Part shown: positions 37,035 to 49,200 of the stretch, piece by piece
Position numbering within the stretch: position 1 is the first letter of the stretch
How the letters are laid out: each line of letters starts with the position of its first letter
Source: a virus
IMG/VR virus record: IMGVR_UViG_3300043449_002675
Span: 1 to 64,000 of that record
DNA length: 64,000 nucleotides
Direction: 5' to 3' (one strand)
Made by a program: the position numbers and the translations under genes
Notes under the pieces: model-generated
The model's database searches: none
What the model was told of the DNA's origin: nothing
Seen by the model: only the letters and a program-made list of their open reading frames with translations

Positions 37035-40000
37035 ATGCCGCTGAAACCGTACAATCAGAATCCTAAAACATCAGATAATATTCTGTTTGATCTTTATACT
37101 CCCATGTCAAATGGCTGCTTTACTCAACAGCCATCAACTTTTGATTCAATAAAGATTTTCTTTATTGCTAGAAGTCCGGTTTTGAATAATGAATTTGAAA
37201 ATCAACAAATTACTTACAAAGAAGATTTGCAAAGAGCTGTGTATGAAGTTACTGAGCAATATTGCACAGAAACTGATGAGTTGAGAAAACAAAGACTGGC
37301 TCTTTTACAACAAAGTCTGGAGACAGATTTGGCCACAAATGCTTTGACTCCCACAACCGGAACTAATGTCGAACCGGGAGCAAACACAAATACAACATAT
37401 TACTACGAAGCCCAAATGGTATTTTGTGCCGGTGTTGCTTGCGATAATGGAGCAGGTCCATTGTGGATACAGGGAGAAGATAATAGTACATCTATAGTGC
37501 AGAGGGTGGCTACTGATAAAGAATTAGGTAATGGACATTTTGCATTTATATGGGAGCCCGGTCCAATTAAGGAAGGTGATTATTACATTTGTTACGGCTA
37601 CACCATGCAGACATCTGCGTATTTATACAAATCCGAGGCTAAGTTTTTGCACTTTTACATCGGAGCGGCAATTCAAAATGAAGTAGCCATACCGACCCAC
37701 GCCGTTCCTCCTGAAAAATATTTCACTCTTCTTAATGCATATCTTCCCCGAATGTATTTTGAAAAATATGCAGTGAACGACGATAGCATGCTTACCTTGG
37801 AAGCTTTAAATAAATCAGTAGGAAAGGCATTTACAGACCTAGACAACCAAGTTTCCAGAATTATTGATATATTAGACGCAAATGTAACACCAGAACCATA
37901 CTTGCCGCTTTTGGCACAAATGTTTGCCTTAAAGCTTAGAAGTTTGGATATTACAAGATGGAGAGGGCAAATTATAACAGCTGTCCCTCAATTTAAGAAA
38001 AAAGGAACGCTAGAATCTCTGACACAGGCGTTAGATCAAGCAGGCATGCAATTGCTTCAGTACAAACAATATTGGCAAATAGCGTGGCCCCAAGTTTACA
38101 CTCAAACCTTGAAATTTGAAAACGATTATGAATTTATTCTCGATAAGTACACAGACAATACACTGTTCTATGAATTTGCAAGCCTTTATGAACTACAACT
38201 TGCCCATGTCGGCACTACTGTTTGGACCAGCACAAATATTGCCGCAATATCTTTTTCTCAAAATACTAAAGGCGAAACAGTTTTAACATGGGATCCAACT
38301 ATTACGCAGCTTAAAGGTGGCGATCAGATATTGATTACATACGTTACTGAAACCATGACTGGCACGCAAGTAGATTTATATCAATACTGGAAAGACTTCT
38401 TTGTTCGTCAGGATATCAGAGTGCAGAATCCAGACGGTTACTTCTTAATTACACCCGAAATGCAGCCGGCTAATTGGAACATGAGACTGATGCCAAAGGA
38501 TGATCCTTTGTTCTCTGTGTTTATTCCAATTATGAATCCTTTTTATGATCCAGTGATTTTCGGCATGCTTAGAACGGACTTTCCATATAGCGAAAATGTC
38601 TATAACATGGAAGAATATAATGGCAGCCTTCGTCCAACCACCGATCCTGCTAATATGGCAGCTGATTATCTAGAAGGCTGTAGCGGTACACTAAGTGCCG
38701 ATTATGGTCTTGCCGTAAAGATACAAAACCTCTCAGATTTTAGGATTTCGGAATGCCTTGGAATAATTAGAGAGTATACTCCTTACCATGCCATATTAAG
38801 AACTTTAGAGGTTGTTGGGCAAATACAAGATTTCATGTTGCCACCAGTGGAAACAATAGAGTGGTTAATACAAATTACTTTTAATGACTTCTTGATTGCA
38901 GGGGATGCTCAATATGCTTTCAATAGAAAATCAATCTTATATAATTACACTCCGGAAGTGTATACTTACACTGATGGGCATGGCAAACTAGCATTTTACA
39001 GAACAGATTTTGCCACCGAAAACACTACACCAGCTGCTCAAGGCACACTTACGGTTTATAACAAGTCCATGGTGTTACAAGCTCAAAGTAATATAAGAAA
39101 TTTAAACAGCTATAACGTCACAAAAAATAGTTGTTATCTTGAAATCTTGGATGGAAATTATGCTGGGGCATATACAAACATAATAGAATCTATAAATGAC
39201 TTTTCACTTACAATTGAAGGCCCTGCGGCTGCAGCTTTTGCCGGAATGGCTCCCATAACACAAAATTACACATTTGGATGGCGATTTTCAAACATTTTAG
39301 ATAACGGACCATACACCATATCAAACGCATATCAGTTCACCATTTCTGATAGCTCAATTAACTACAGCGATTACAATATAAAAACTGTTGCACTAGATGG
39401 AACTGGTTGTTACCAAGTTAAAATTGGCGCAGCTTATTACAACATATTGTTGATCAATAACAATTCTTTGTATTTAGAAAATCAGAGTGGCAGCCCATTG
39501 CCAGCAACTGATTCTACCGGATTAAATTATGAGGTATACAATCCAAGTGGCATGCAGCTTATTTTTGAGTCTACTACTGGCGACTTTAAAGTATGCAAGC
39601 TGGCAAAGGTTACTAGCACAGCTGGTACACCATTCAGCATGACCAATATGTGTATAGTTGTTCCAAATCCTGAAATTTATTTTTCACCGGATGCCGGAAC
39701 TAATTTTTATAAGTTCTATTCTATTGACGTAAATGATCCTAATTCGTTTTACATTTTGGACTACACGATTGGTTTAACACCTTCATCTGTGACTGGCACT
39801 GTGTACAACAGATTATTTGAAACCATGGGTTCATTTAATTTCGTTGGAATGGTCGCTTCATACGGTTCATGGCCTCTATTTGCAGATCCAGATGTTGCCG
39901 TATTGCAAAACAGCAATTTCCCATCTCAGTATATTCTAACTTTAGATCCTGCTGGTGCTAATCCATATAGCTACAGAATTGGTGTGGACTTTACAACAAA

Positions 40001-40352
40001 CCCGCCGTTATTGATTGATATATTTGGATATTTTATATTTGCTGGTACTCCTGATACCAATGTTGCTGGAGAAACTTTTACATTTGAACTAAATAAATTT
40101 AATCTTATAGAGGAGCCGGGCATAGTGCCTATTATGAATGGTCAAACACTCTATTATGTAAACAGAGCTGGGCAATCTGTGTGGGATTCACAAACTACTG
40201 GGGCTGGTGGATTTATGATGGCTATGAACAAAATGTCGAGTGAAAATCAATCAGCCGGTCATCCTAGCGATGTAATAATGGCGCAGGAAGGCATTTCATT
40301 TGTTGTGCAGACAAAAGATGGCGAAGTCAAACAAAGCGGAGAAATAAAATGA
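37035..40352 (+). CDS. Baseplate wedge gp7-like / tail protein I-domain protein
   Basis: DANVTPEPYLPLLAQMF...FKKKGTLESL motif; follows gp6. Confidence 0.7.
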   Translation: MPLKPYNQNPKTSDNILFDLYTPMSNGCFTQQPSTFDSIKIFFIARSPVLNNEFENQQITYKEDLQRAVYEVTEQYCTETDELRKQRLALLQQSLETDLATNALTPTTGTNVEPGANTNTTYYYEAQMVFCAGVACDNGAGPLWIQGEDNSTSIVQRVATDKELGNGHFAFIWEPGPIKEGDYYICYGYTMQTSAYLYKSEAKFLHFYIGAAIQNEVAIPTHAVPPEKYFTLLNAYLPRMYFEKYAVNDDSMLTLEALNKSVGKAFTDLDNQVSRIIDILDANVTPEPYLPLLAQMFALKLRSLDITRWRGQIITAVPQFKKKGTLESLTQALDQAGMQLLQYKQYWQIAWPQVYTQTLKFENDYEFILDKYTDNTLFYEFASLYELQLAHVGTTVWTSTNIAAISFSQNTKGETVLTWDPTITQLKGGDQILITYVTETMTGTQVDLYQYWKDFFVRQDIRVQNPDGYFLITPEMQPANWNMRLMPKDDPLFSVFIPIMNPFYDPVIFGMLRTDFPYSENVYNMEEYNGSLRPTTDPANMAADYLEGCSGTLSADYGLAVKIQNLSDFRISECLGIIREYTPYHAILRTLEVVGQIQDFMLPPVETIEWLIQITFNDFLIAGDAQYAFNRKSILYNYTPEVYTYTDGHGKLAFYRTDFATENTTPAAQGTLTVYNKSMVLQAQSNIRNLNSYNVTKNSCYLEILDGNYAGAYTNIIESINDFSLTIEGPAAAAFAGMAPITQNYTFGWRFSNILDNGPYTISNAYQFTISDSSINYSDYNIKTVALDGTGCYQVKIGAAYYNILLINNNSLYLENQSGSPLPATDSTGLNYEVYNPSGMQLIFESTTGDFKVCKLAKVTSTAGTPFSMTNMCIVVPNPEIYFSPDAGTNFYKFYSIDVNDPNSFYILDYTIGLTPSSVTGTVYNRLFETMGSFNFVGMVASYGSWPLFADPDVAVLQNSNFPSQYILTLDPAGANPYSYRIGVDFTTNPPLLIDIFGYFIFAGTPDTNVAGETFTFELNKFNLIEEPGIVPIMNGQTLYYVNRAGQSVWDSQTTGAGGFMMAMNKMSSENQSAGHPSDVIMAQEGISFVVQTKDGEVKQSGEIK

Positions 40353-40867
40353 TTTCAGAAAGTCAAGTAAAAACTGTTGGGCATGTTTTTTGTGATATTG
40401 AGTACAAAAACGGCAAAAAGATTGAGATGAATTTTGCTAATACCGTTTTGATTGGCGGCAGAGAAGCATTGGCACAGGTATTAACTAATACTTTAGGCAC
40501 CTGTCCAAGTGTCAACACTAGTACTTCTACAGATCTTGTGCCAAGTTTATACATAAGCAATATGCTTTTCGGCAATAATGGAGTTGAAACAATAAGCAAT
40601 ACTCCCAAGGTAGTGAGTCCGGCTAGAACTTCTTTATTTGGCACGCCTGTAATTATCAAGCCAGTAAATAGCTACACCAATCAGACAATAACTACTCAGG
40701 CTATTTTCACTACAACCCTGCTATTTGGCGATGCAGTTGGCATTTATTTGAGTGAAATGGCTTTGCAACTAAGCAATGGTGTGTTGTATAGCATGGTAAC
40801 TTTCCCGCCTATTTATAAATCTGCCGAAACACAGATTACGTTTAATTGGACGTTGAATTTTGTTTAA
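40349..40867 (+). CDS. Baseplate/tail-fibre attachment protein (gp8-like position)
   Basis: NTVLIGGREALA...LSEMAL...YSMVTFPPIYK...FNWTL. Confidence 0.6.
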   Translation: MISESQVKTVGHVFCDIEYKNGKKIEMNFANTVLIGGREALAQVLTNTLGTCPSVNTSTSTDLVPSLYISNMLFGNNGVETISNTPKVVSPARTSLFGTPVIIKPVNSYTNQTITTQAIFTTTLLFGDAVGIYLSEMALQLSNGVLYSMVTFPPIYKSAETQITFNWTLNFV

Positions 40868-40893
40868 AAATATTTGAGGAACATAAATAAGGT

Positions 40894-41718
40894 ATGCCAG
40901 ATTTACCATCCAATGTGCCTGTATACACAGCAGATCAGCCATATTACTACAAGTTTGATAACTTGCCCATAGACTCTTTGATTCAAAGAGACAATATCAT
41001 AAACGCACAGGTAGATGCTAATACTGCAATTTTAGAAGAAGCAGCAGGTACGGCAGGTACATTGCCAGTAAGACTAAGTCAGTGCATGGATCCTTTGGGC
41101 AACCTTACTGCTTTGGGTGTAAATAATGCAGAACACAACATTGGTTACCACGTAGATGGCGCTGGCCCAGATTCAGTTGAATATGTAAGGATGACTTTAG
41201 ACGAGCGCACCAAATTGGAAACAGTTGCGGCAGATGCAACCAGCTTTTATATAAAAGTAACTCCTGAAAATACTGGTGGTTCTCCATCTAATAACCCAGT
41301 TCCTTTCGAGCAAGGATTTGTTACATTTGAGCCAAGCGACACAGTTACTTGGAGCATAAATAATGGTCAGAAGATCACGGCAAACGTAGTGGCTTTACCT
41401 GATAGTGAAGTTAGATTTAGCAATGTTGTTCCTGAAAATGCGTACTTAACTCCTGATTACAAAAATTACCTTACTGGTATTGGTGCGCCATTTTTATCCG
41501 GAAGTCTTTCAGTTTACATCAATGGCATTCGTATTTTTGAAACAAAAACAGTTTATGCAACATCGATGTCTGGAGTTGGCGTAGTGGCAAATCCAAATCT
41601 CAAGTGGGTTCCCAGAAGCTTCGTGCCAACAATCAATAAATTGGGTTTTTCCTTAAATTCCGGACTGTGCAGCGATGATGTAGTAATGATTGATTTTGCA
41701 GTCAGCACAAACGCTTGA
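40894..41718 (+). CDS. Virion structural protein
   Basis: TAAATA box; SLSVYINGIR beta-rich motif; tail context. Confidence 0.6.
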   Translation: MPDLPSNVPVYTADQPYYYKFDNLPIDSLIQRDNIINAQVDANTAILEEAAGTAGTLPVRLSQCMDPLGNLTALGVNNAEHNIGYHVDGAGPDSVEYVRMTLDERTKLETVAADATSFYIKVTPENTGGSPSNNPVPFEQGFVTFEPSDTVTWSINNGQKITANVVALPDSEVRFSNVVPENAYLTPDYKNYLTGIGAPFLSGSLSVYINGIRIFETKTVYATSMSGVGVVANPNLKWVPRSFVPTINKLGFSLNSGLCSDDVVMIDFAVSTNA

Positions 41719-41766
41719 AATTCTTTTTAAAATATGTTCTAATTGTTAGTCTCAAGGAGGCTTTCA

Positions 41767-42291
41767 ATGATTTATTTTGAAAAAGATTTAAATTTGACCA
41801 TCGGAATTCTAGCAGCAAACAAAACATTTGAGCAAATACGAGCAACTTATGAATCTCTTGGTGTACTTAAGTACCCAGTTCAGAGACTTGTAAATGTGCC
41901 AGAAGATTATGATATAACCGAACTTAAAAACAGAAAATATAATTTTATTCAAAAGGGCAAAACGCTAACAAGCCTAATAGATGGTTTGTGCAAAGAGGCC
42001 AAGACAGAATGGATTTATTTTGCATTCGCAGGAAGAAAAGTGCAAAAAAACATTGATAGCAAATATTCAATTTATGCAAGCGATTATAAGAATGTGATAT
42101 TTCCTGTAGTAAGGAGGGTGTGGAATTTTGTTGACGGGTCTATGGACGGTCTTTTGATAAACAAAAAGTTCCATGAAGAGGTTGGCGAATTTGGTGATGG
42201 GGATGATTTGGAAATTACTAAGTTAATGTGGGCCGGAAAAGCCGTCGAAAAGGGCGCAAAATTTAAAGCTATAATAGGAGCAGCATACTGA
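41767..42291 (+). CDS. Divergent GT-A glycosyltransferase-like protein
   Basis: LTIGIL..., AKTEWIYF and GLLINKKFHEEVGEF resemble a GT2 fold; AAGGAGG RBS. Confidence 0.45.
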   Translation: MIYFEKDLNLTIGILAANKTFEQIRATYESLGVLKYPVQRLVNVPEDYDITELKNRKYNFIQKGKTLTSLIDGLCKEAKTEWIYFAFAGRKVQKNIDSKYSIYASDYKNVIFPVVRRVWNFVDGSMDGLLINKKFHEEVGEFGDGDDLEITKLMWAGKAVEKGAKFKAIIGAAY

Positions 42292-42935
42292 TGGAAATAC
42301 TCGAAAAAGCAGCAAAAATACTCGAAGAATGCTATCTTCCATCTTGCCACTCTAATTTCCAAATTAAAAACTTTATTATTGGCAAAGAGAGCAGCAGGAT
42401 AGGTAAAATTTGGCAGGCTGTTAGGGAAATACAGACGAGAAGGGAATCACTTGCTAATTTAGCAAATGATCTAGAAGAAATAAAAGATAACATAGAACTT
42501 GCCAAACTAGATGTTCAAGAAGAAAGTTTTGTAGAAGCCAGCGACCAAGATCCTGCAAAAGAGAGTATTTTACAGGCAAGGAAAGAAATAAATATACGCA
42601 AAAAAGAACGAGCGCTTAAGAAACTATACGTTGCTCAGAATGGATTATTGACCCAGCAGAATAATATGCTGAATGAATTATCGGTGTTTTTGGAAGTTTT
42701 TGACAAACTTGGCGGTATAGAAGCCTTCAAAAACTACAATGAAGAAGATGCTCAGGTTGAATATTGGAAGGGAAAATTCGAAAGGGAATTTATACTTTCT
42801 AGCATTCTACAGCAACCAATGAGTCCAGAATTCATAAAAAGTTGTCTTGCTTTAGCTGAAAACGCCAAAATGAGCGAAAATATTGGAGCTACGCTCGATA
42901 TTATTAATAAAAAACTGTTAAATCAAAATAACTAA
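42291..42935 (+). CDS. Coiled-coil protein (possible fibre chaperone)
   Basis: HSNFQIKNFIIG..., long heptads, EYWKGKF. Confidence 0.6.
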   Translation: MEILEKAAKILEECYLPSCHSNFQIKNFIIGKESSRIGKIWQAVREIQTRRESLANLANDLEEIKDNIELAKLDVQEESFVEASDQDPAKESILQARKEINIRKKERALKKLYVAQNGLLTQQNNMLNELSVFLEVFDKLGGIEAFKNYNEEDAQVEYWKGKFEREFILSSILQQPMSPEFIKSCLALAENAKMSENIGATLDIINKKLLNQNN

Positions 42936-42940
42936 TATAT

Positions 42941-44002
42941 ATGCCAGTAGATAAGTTAGCATCAAATGATTCAGGATATGAAGTAGGCGATCTGTCACTT
43001 TATCCCACAGCTATTGATTCATACTTTAATTTGTATGAAGCACAAAACAATAGCACAACAATACTTAAGTCTAGTTTGTCAGTTACTGGTGATGTATTGG
43101 TGGTAGAAAGTACCGATTCTTTTCCCAGTCAAGGCATTCTTAGGCTTTCTCTGCCAAATAAAAAAGGCTTGTCTGTAGAATACATTTATTATGCGCATAA
43201 AACAAATAACACTTTCTATAATCTAAAAAGGGGATTTTTGGGAAATGAACGCAATCTTATTAGCAAAGTAAATAACTGGCCCACAAACACGGTGGTAGAG
43301 TCTGGAGTTTTTGCAGAGCATCATAATGCTGTAAGAGATGCTGTTTTAAATACGGAAAACTTTGTTGGACTAAGAAACCCTTACAGTACAGAAACAAACA
43401 GTTTTGTAACTACAACAGTAAATGGTTTGTTGACAGATTTAGAGTACAGGTATTTAGCACCTAACGCAGTTTTCAGAGCTTTTCCTTTATATGGACCGCC
43501 GCCTTTAACAGTAAATTTTCATTGTTTTACAAACAGAATAGTTAATAGATTTTTCTGGGATTTTGGTGATGGCGGTGTTTCTATCCAAAAAAATCCTTCG
43601 CACACATACCTTAAGACGGGTATTTTCCCTGTGCAGCTTAGGGTTATATCTGACGTGGGCGGACAAGGTGTCACTACTAAAATGGGATATATTAATGTCA
43701 GCAACCAGTATGTAGTGCCGTTCGGATATGTTATGCCCAATGTTGGCATAAGTATTCAAACAGCCACTGAAACGTCTACAACTCCAACAACATTTACATT
43801 TTATGATCAGACAGACGGACCAATCATCAACAGACTATGGCAATTTGGAGACGGACAAAATAGCTTTCAAGAAAATCCTAATATTCACGTTGTAACACAT
43901 CAATATCAAAGACCGGGAATCTATAAACCTTCTGTTTTGATTACAATCGAGGATAATATTACAACAAGAGCAATTTTTGAAGAAACAGTAGAGGTATCAT
44001 AA
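42941..44002 (+). CDS. PKD-domain virion protein
   Basis: PLTVNF..FFWDFGDG..NPSHTY and WQFGDG..HQYQRPG. Confidence 0.85.
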   Translation: MPVDKLASNDSGYEVGDLSLYPTAIDSYFNLYEAQNNSTTILKSSLSVTGDVLVVESTDSFPSQGILRLSLPNKKGLSVEYIYYAHKTNNTFYNLKRGFLGNERNLISKVNNWPTNTVVESGVFAEHHNAVRDAVLNTENFVGLRNPYSTETNSFVTTTVNGLLTDLEYRYLAPNAVFRAFPLYGPPPLTVNFHCFTNRIVNRFFWDFGDGGVSIQKNPSHTYLKTGIFPVQLRVISDVGGQGVTTKMGYINVSNQYVVPFGYVMPNVGISIQTATETSTTPTTFTFYDQTDGPIINRLWQFGDGQNSFQENPNIHVVTHQYQRPGIYKPSVLITIEDNITTRAIFEETVEVS

Positions 44003-46218
44003 TGTCGATACCATCAGTAGTGTATCCAGATCAATACGACACAACTACAACATTGTATAATGCTGTTGATGCATTGGTTATAACTTTGGCCAAGGATTAT
44101 AATCCAAATGATACCACAATATTTGTGACTGTAAATCCTTATATCATGTCTAGATTTCCGGAAACTGGCATAATAACATTGACCGAAAACTGCAGCGATC
44201 CTGCTTTACGTGCAGTATCATTTTATTATGGCACTAAAAACAATGAAGGGTTTTTCTTCACTGATTTGACAATTTTGCCAGAAACCCCTGATTCTTATAA
44301 GCCAAAAGTTTCCACCACAGTATCCCTGAGCGTAACAGCACAACATCACAACAATATAAAAGATGCTATAATATCAACCGAAGAATTTATTGGACTTGAA
44401 AGTGATATTTCTTATATTCCATTTGAAGGTTCTATTGCGGCTAGAACTAAGTTTTTGTTTGAATCAGTTTTTACTCCGAGAGCGTGGTTTGTAGCAGACA
44501 AAAGAATAGGAAGAGCACCATTGTTTGCGGTTGTATTTACTAGTTCCAGCTTGTATTTGGGAGAGCAAATAAACGGCAATACCGTAACTTACGAATGGGA
44601 TTTTGGCGATGGGGGCACATTTACTAGTACCAATAAAACCGTAGAACACACTTATATGTTGCCGGGTATTTATACGGTTTCTTTAACTGTTACAAACATG
44701 TTTGGCGCAGATACAGTAACATTTGCTAATTATATTGACGCACTTTGGTTGGCTCCGGAGACAGCCGAAATTGAATTTTTAGTAGAGGCTGGGCAAAAAG
44801 ATTTTGATTCTGGCGGAAATGATTTTATAAAAACGCCTACTGGTGTTTATGTTTACATGGGCACTAGTAATGAAATTGATCCATTAGATCCGACAAGAAC
44901 TTATAGTGGGGCACATGTAGAAAGCGGCGATGTAATAGATCCCATAAATAATTTCCAGTGGGATTTGGGTGATACACTTTCTCATGGTAATGATCCTAAT
45001 ACTAAGGCACTTTACACTATCGGTGGAATTTATGAAGTAATACTTCGATGCACCACGGAATCGGGAGCATATAGGATTACCACTGATTCTAAAACTATAA
45101 ACGTAATTGAAAGGCAGAATGCTTGGTTGTTTGTAACCCCCACTACAGATCCGCCTTTAGCAACAGGTACCGTATATGCTGGAGAACTTGGCTTTTTAAA
45201 TGAAACATTTAAACCACTCCAAAACACCGCATACGTTTATATAAGGAATGCAAGCTTCATAACCGATTCGTCACATCTAGACAAACCCAGAATGTTGCTT
45301 GAGTTTGAGAGGAATACCAATATAAATGCGAGAAGCACAGTGCCCTCTGGTTTACAGGGGCAAGCAATATTGTCTTGGGCAAGCGGCAGAAATCTAACAG
45401 ACTTGCCAAGTACTGAAAAAATAAGCTTTGTGGCCTTTAGTGGTTTTGACGAGGCTTATTCCGCTGTAAGCTGGGAAATTACCAGATGCTGGAACTGGAT
45501 TGCATTCAATGGTACTGGCGTTACTTATTACCTATTAGGCAACGCTCAAAGTCAACCACCAAATACAAGTCCTGTTGATTTAACACTCGTATCAAACAAT
45601 CTTTTGGCAGGAACTTATCAAACAGATTTAACTTTTTCAGCTGGAAGTTTTGCTGGTGCCTCAAATACCCTTTCATACAACGCAGCTCAGTATGACGGTA
45701 CAGGATATAACGTTTATGGAGCATACAGCGCATACAGATATGCATTCAGAGGAAGAACTGGCTATATTTTAAAAAACCTAACAGTAGGCAGCAATTTTAA
45801 GATCAACTCATTTTACAGCACTACTGAAAGTGGAAATGGAATAATTACCGGCTTCAAGAAATTGCCAGATATGGGTGGGCCAGTAAAAACACAAGGTGTC
45901 TTGTTAAACCTAACTACAGGACTGTTTTTCTTCAATAATAGCGGAAGCGTTCTGCAATTTGATGTGACGGCAAATGTGTGGAAAACTGGCGGTCCCGGTT
46001 ACAATTCAGTTGCTTATACTAACTTACAAGACACATCTGTTCCAAATTATGATGATGAAAATAATAGTCTAGTTGGAACAACTGATTTTGGCGACAATGC
46101 ATTTTTATCTTTTGATTACAGCAATAACGCATTTATGAAGTTTAACGATATTGATTTAACATTTACAAAGCTAAATAGCAGACCGGAAGGTGAACAATGG
46201 ATTTTTGGAAGCTACTAG
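44002..46218 (+). CDS. PKD-domain virion protein
   Basis: YEWDFGDGGT...HTYMLPGIYTVSLTV; second WDLGD. Confidence 0.85.
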   Translation: MSIPSVVYPDQYDTTTTLYNAVDALVITLAKDYNPNDTTIFVTVNPYIMSRFPETGIITLTENCSDPALRAVSFYYGTKNNEGFFFTDLTILPETPDSYKPKVSTTVSLSVTAQHHNNIKDAIISTEEFIGLESDISYIPFEGSIAARTKFLFESVFTPRAWFVADKRIGRAPLFAVVFTSSSLYLGEQINGNTVTYEWDFGDGGTFTSTNKTVEHTYMLPGIYTVSLTVTNMFGADTVTFANYIDALWLAPETAEIEFLVEAGQKDFDSGGNDFIKTPTGVYVYMGTSNEIDPLDPTRTYSGAHVESGDVIDPINNFQWDLGDTLSHGNDPNTKALYTIGGIYEVILRCTTESGAYRITTDSKTINVIERQNAWLFVTPTTDPPLATGTVYAGELGFLNETFKPLQNTAYVYIRNASFITDSSHLDKPRMLLEFERNTNINARSTVPSGLQGQAILSWASGRNLTDLPSTEKISFVAFSGFDEAYSAVSWEITRCWNWIAFNGTGVTYYLLGNAQSQPPNTSPVDLTLVSNNLLAGTYQTDLTFSAGSFAGASNTLSYNAAQYDGTGYNVYGAYSAYRYAFRGRTGYILKNLTVGSNFKINSFYSTTESGNGIITGFKKLPDMGGPVKTQGVLLNLTTGLFFFNNSGSVLQFDVTANVWKTGGPGYNSVAYTNLQDTSVPNYDDENNSLVGTTDFGDNAFLSFDYSNNAFMKFNDIDLTFTKLNSRPEGEQWIFGSY

Positions 46219-46234
46219 GTAGACAGGGGTAAAT

Positions 46235-49200
46235 TTGGGAACTATACTGCCAAATTCGAATTATCCTAAGACTTATGATACGGATACAAGTCTGTTTCAG
46301 GTGTATAACACCTCGCAAACCGTACTGTCTGCAACTCTAAATTCTTGGCAAACCTCCATAAACATAGTGCCAGTAGCTGTTGGAGAACCTGAGTTATGGG
46401 CTAACTCTGGATACGTGACTATTGAAGGAGAGCTAATATATTACGCCTCTGTTCACTTGGATGTGAATGGCAAAGTTGACAAGCTTTTAGAATGCATAAG
46501 AAGAACTAATGGTACTGTGCCAAGAAATTACCCCGCTGGCACTCCTGTTCGTGGGTTTGTAATAGCACAACACCATAACAATCTTGCACAGAGTATTGTT
46601 AATGTTGAAAACTTTGTTGGAACTTTGACTACAACAGATCAAGATACTATTTACTGGAAATTGCAGCAAATTGCGAACCTGCGTCCATTAACTGACGATT
46701 CAGGATGTCCGCAAATTGAATTCTATTACAGGGTCATTAGCACGAGTCCTATTGAAGGAACGGAAATTTCCTATAGTTTGAATATTATTGGAAATATAAA
46801 CAATTTTTTGATAGATTTTGGTGATGGCACTACTGAATCAACCACCCAAAACGGTACGCACTTTTATGCGCCAAATAAACGCATAGATCCAAGTGTTACA
46901 GTAACAACTGACGAATGTGATTGCTTGCAAACTAGCGCAGAAAGACTTAGAATAGACGATTTGGCTCAAAATACAATTGCTGGTCAAACGACTTTTCCAG
47001 TTATTGTGCCGCCAATTCCGGACTTCCCGAATTTGGATTTGGCAGTTGTAAATGAAGTGCCAAACAACATACAGTTCCCACCTATAGTTTTCCCTTGTTT
47101 GGATATTGGTCCATTCGGGCCAATAGTTGTTCCTAGCACAATTAGTATTGTTAATCCGTATCCAATTCCAAGTGTGATCACGTTTGAAGACGTGCCTGTA
47201 TTCCCAAGTCAGATAGTAATTACAAGTTCTGTGGTTATACCCACAAGAATAAGCATAATTGGCAATTTGCCTAGTACACTTAGTGTTATTGGCAACATAC
47301 CAAGCACAATCAGCGTTGTTGGAATTCCTTCAACTATAAATGTAGTTGCGCCAAGTAATTTAAATATAGGCATAAGTGTAATTAATACCGTCCCATGTAC
47401 AATTTCAGTAATTGGCAATATACCAAGTGTTATAGCCATAGATGATTTATCTGCTTCGCTTGACGTATTTCTAAATGGCGACTATTGCACAAATTGTACT
47501 GGTAGTACCGGTTGTTCGAATAATGGACAAACTATACAGGCTATTACAGATATAGGTTGCGACCCTTGTGCTGGCGCAAATCCAAAAATTACAAGGGTCA
47601 CGGTAGTATTACATGACTTTATAGTTACTACCTTGGATCCTGCCAATCCAGAATCTACAAGATACGATTTAGTAAAAGTCTTGATTGTTGCACCTGATGG
47701 CACAAATTGTTTGGTTATGGGAGGTGCTCAAACTGGAGCAACAACCTTCCCAGACTACACAATGAATGAACCAGTGACCCTTACATTCGCTGACGGTTCT
47801 AACAATAACATTTACGATTTTACCAAGCCCTTAGAAACAAAAACTTATGCTCCAAATGCAAATGGGAATAATGCTTCTTACACCGCTGGTCAAGTAAATT
47901 TAGGTCTTCCAGCTCCTCCGCCTACTGGGGCTACTGGGTATGGGACAAATTTGGCAGTATTTACTGATTCCAAGTTGCAGAAGGGTCCTTGGTATGCCTA
48001 CATTTCCGCAGGTCCGAGAGGCGGGGCATATACAAATATAGTAAACGTTGGGAAAGTTTGTGCTAGAGTAACTTCGGCTCAGGAATCTCCTTGTGATTTC
48101 CCATCCCCAACGCCGACATCTACTGCAAGAGTCACACAAACTCCAGTTGCAACTCCGAGGAAAACACCATTACCGACACCTCTTCCTTCTCAAAGTCCGG
48201 CTCCTACTGCTACGCCAAGACCAAGTCCTTCAGCAACTCCATTTCTACCATTTGATTTGCCAACGCCGGGACCCAACGTTACACCAATAATTCCCCCCAG
48301 ACCTCAACCACAACCCACACCACCTCCCAGACCCTCAGGCACTCCCGGACCAACTCCCGCTCCTTCTGCAACCTTTACATGTGGCACATGTACTTATGTT
48401 CCACAATTAGAGGATTGTGGTTCTGGTGTTTGCACTTATTATTGGGATGGAAGCAGCTGGGGCAGATGCGGAGAATGCACTTCTTGCGGTAGTGCGGGAG
48501 AGAACTGCGGATGTCAAGAAGCAAGAATAATGCGTGCATTTAACATTCTGCCGCCTGACGGAGAAGATAACCCTGACGTAAACACGAATTGTTACAAGGT
48601 AGTTTGGACTGATCAGTCATTGACTGATTGCAATGGTGGTTTTTGTACTTATAGTTTCAATATGACCACCAAACAATGGGATTATTTCCCAGAAGATTCT
48701 TTTTGTAGTGGTACCGGTGACAATGCCTGCAAGTGCCAAGATGCCAACAAGATTTTGGTGCCAGCCGGAATACTTCCACCAAATCCCGGCACAAATGAAA
48801 CAAAACACACAAATTGTTACAAAGTTGTTAATTCGTTAAATAACTGCACAGCGGGTAGTTGTGAGTGTCCGCCTGCTCCTACTTCTCAGTTCATAACAGG
48901 CTCCACACAACAGTTGAAATTAAATTGTGTACCAGAATGCGGACGTTGTTATAATTACTGGTCTGTAAACAAAGGCGCTCCATGTGATCCTGATCCTGCA
49001 GATTATGGTTGCAGCTACGAGTATATTGATGACGGATGGGAACGCATAAACAATTTTTGTCCTTGCGAGAATTTTGAATGTTTGGATGCCGATATAGCTG
49101 TATCTGAAGGGCTATTGACACCAGTAGGGGAGCAGGGAGAAATCGTAAGATTATCTTGTTATCAAGCAAGCTGGTATCACATAGACGATTGTGACCCAGA

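Noticed and set aside
30175-40867. Bacterial extracellular contractile injection system or T6SS
   Set aside because: The context (primase, gp2-like gene, T4-like late boxes, very long tape measure, no host housekeeping operons) indicates a phage tail module.
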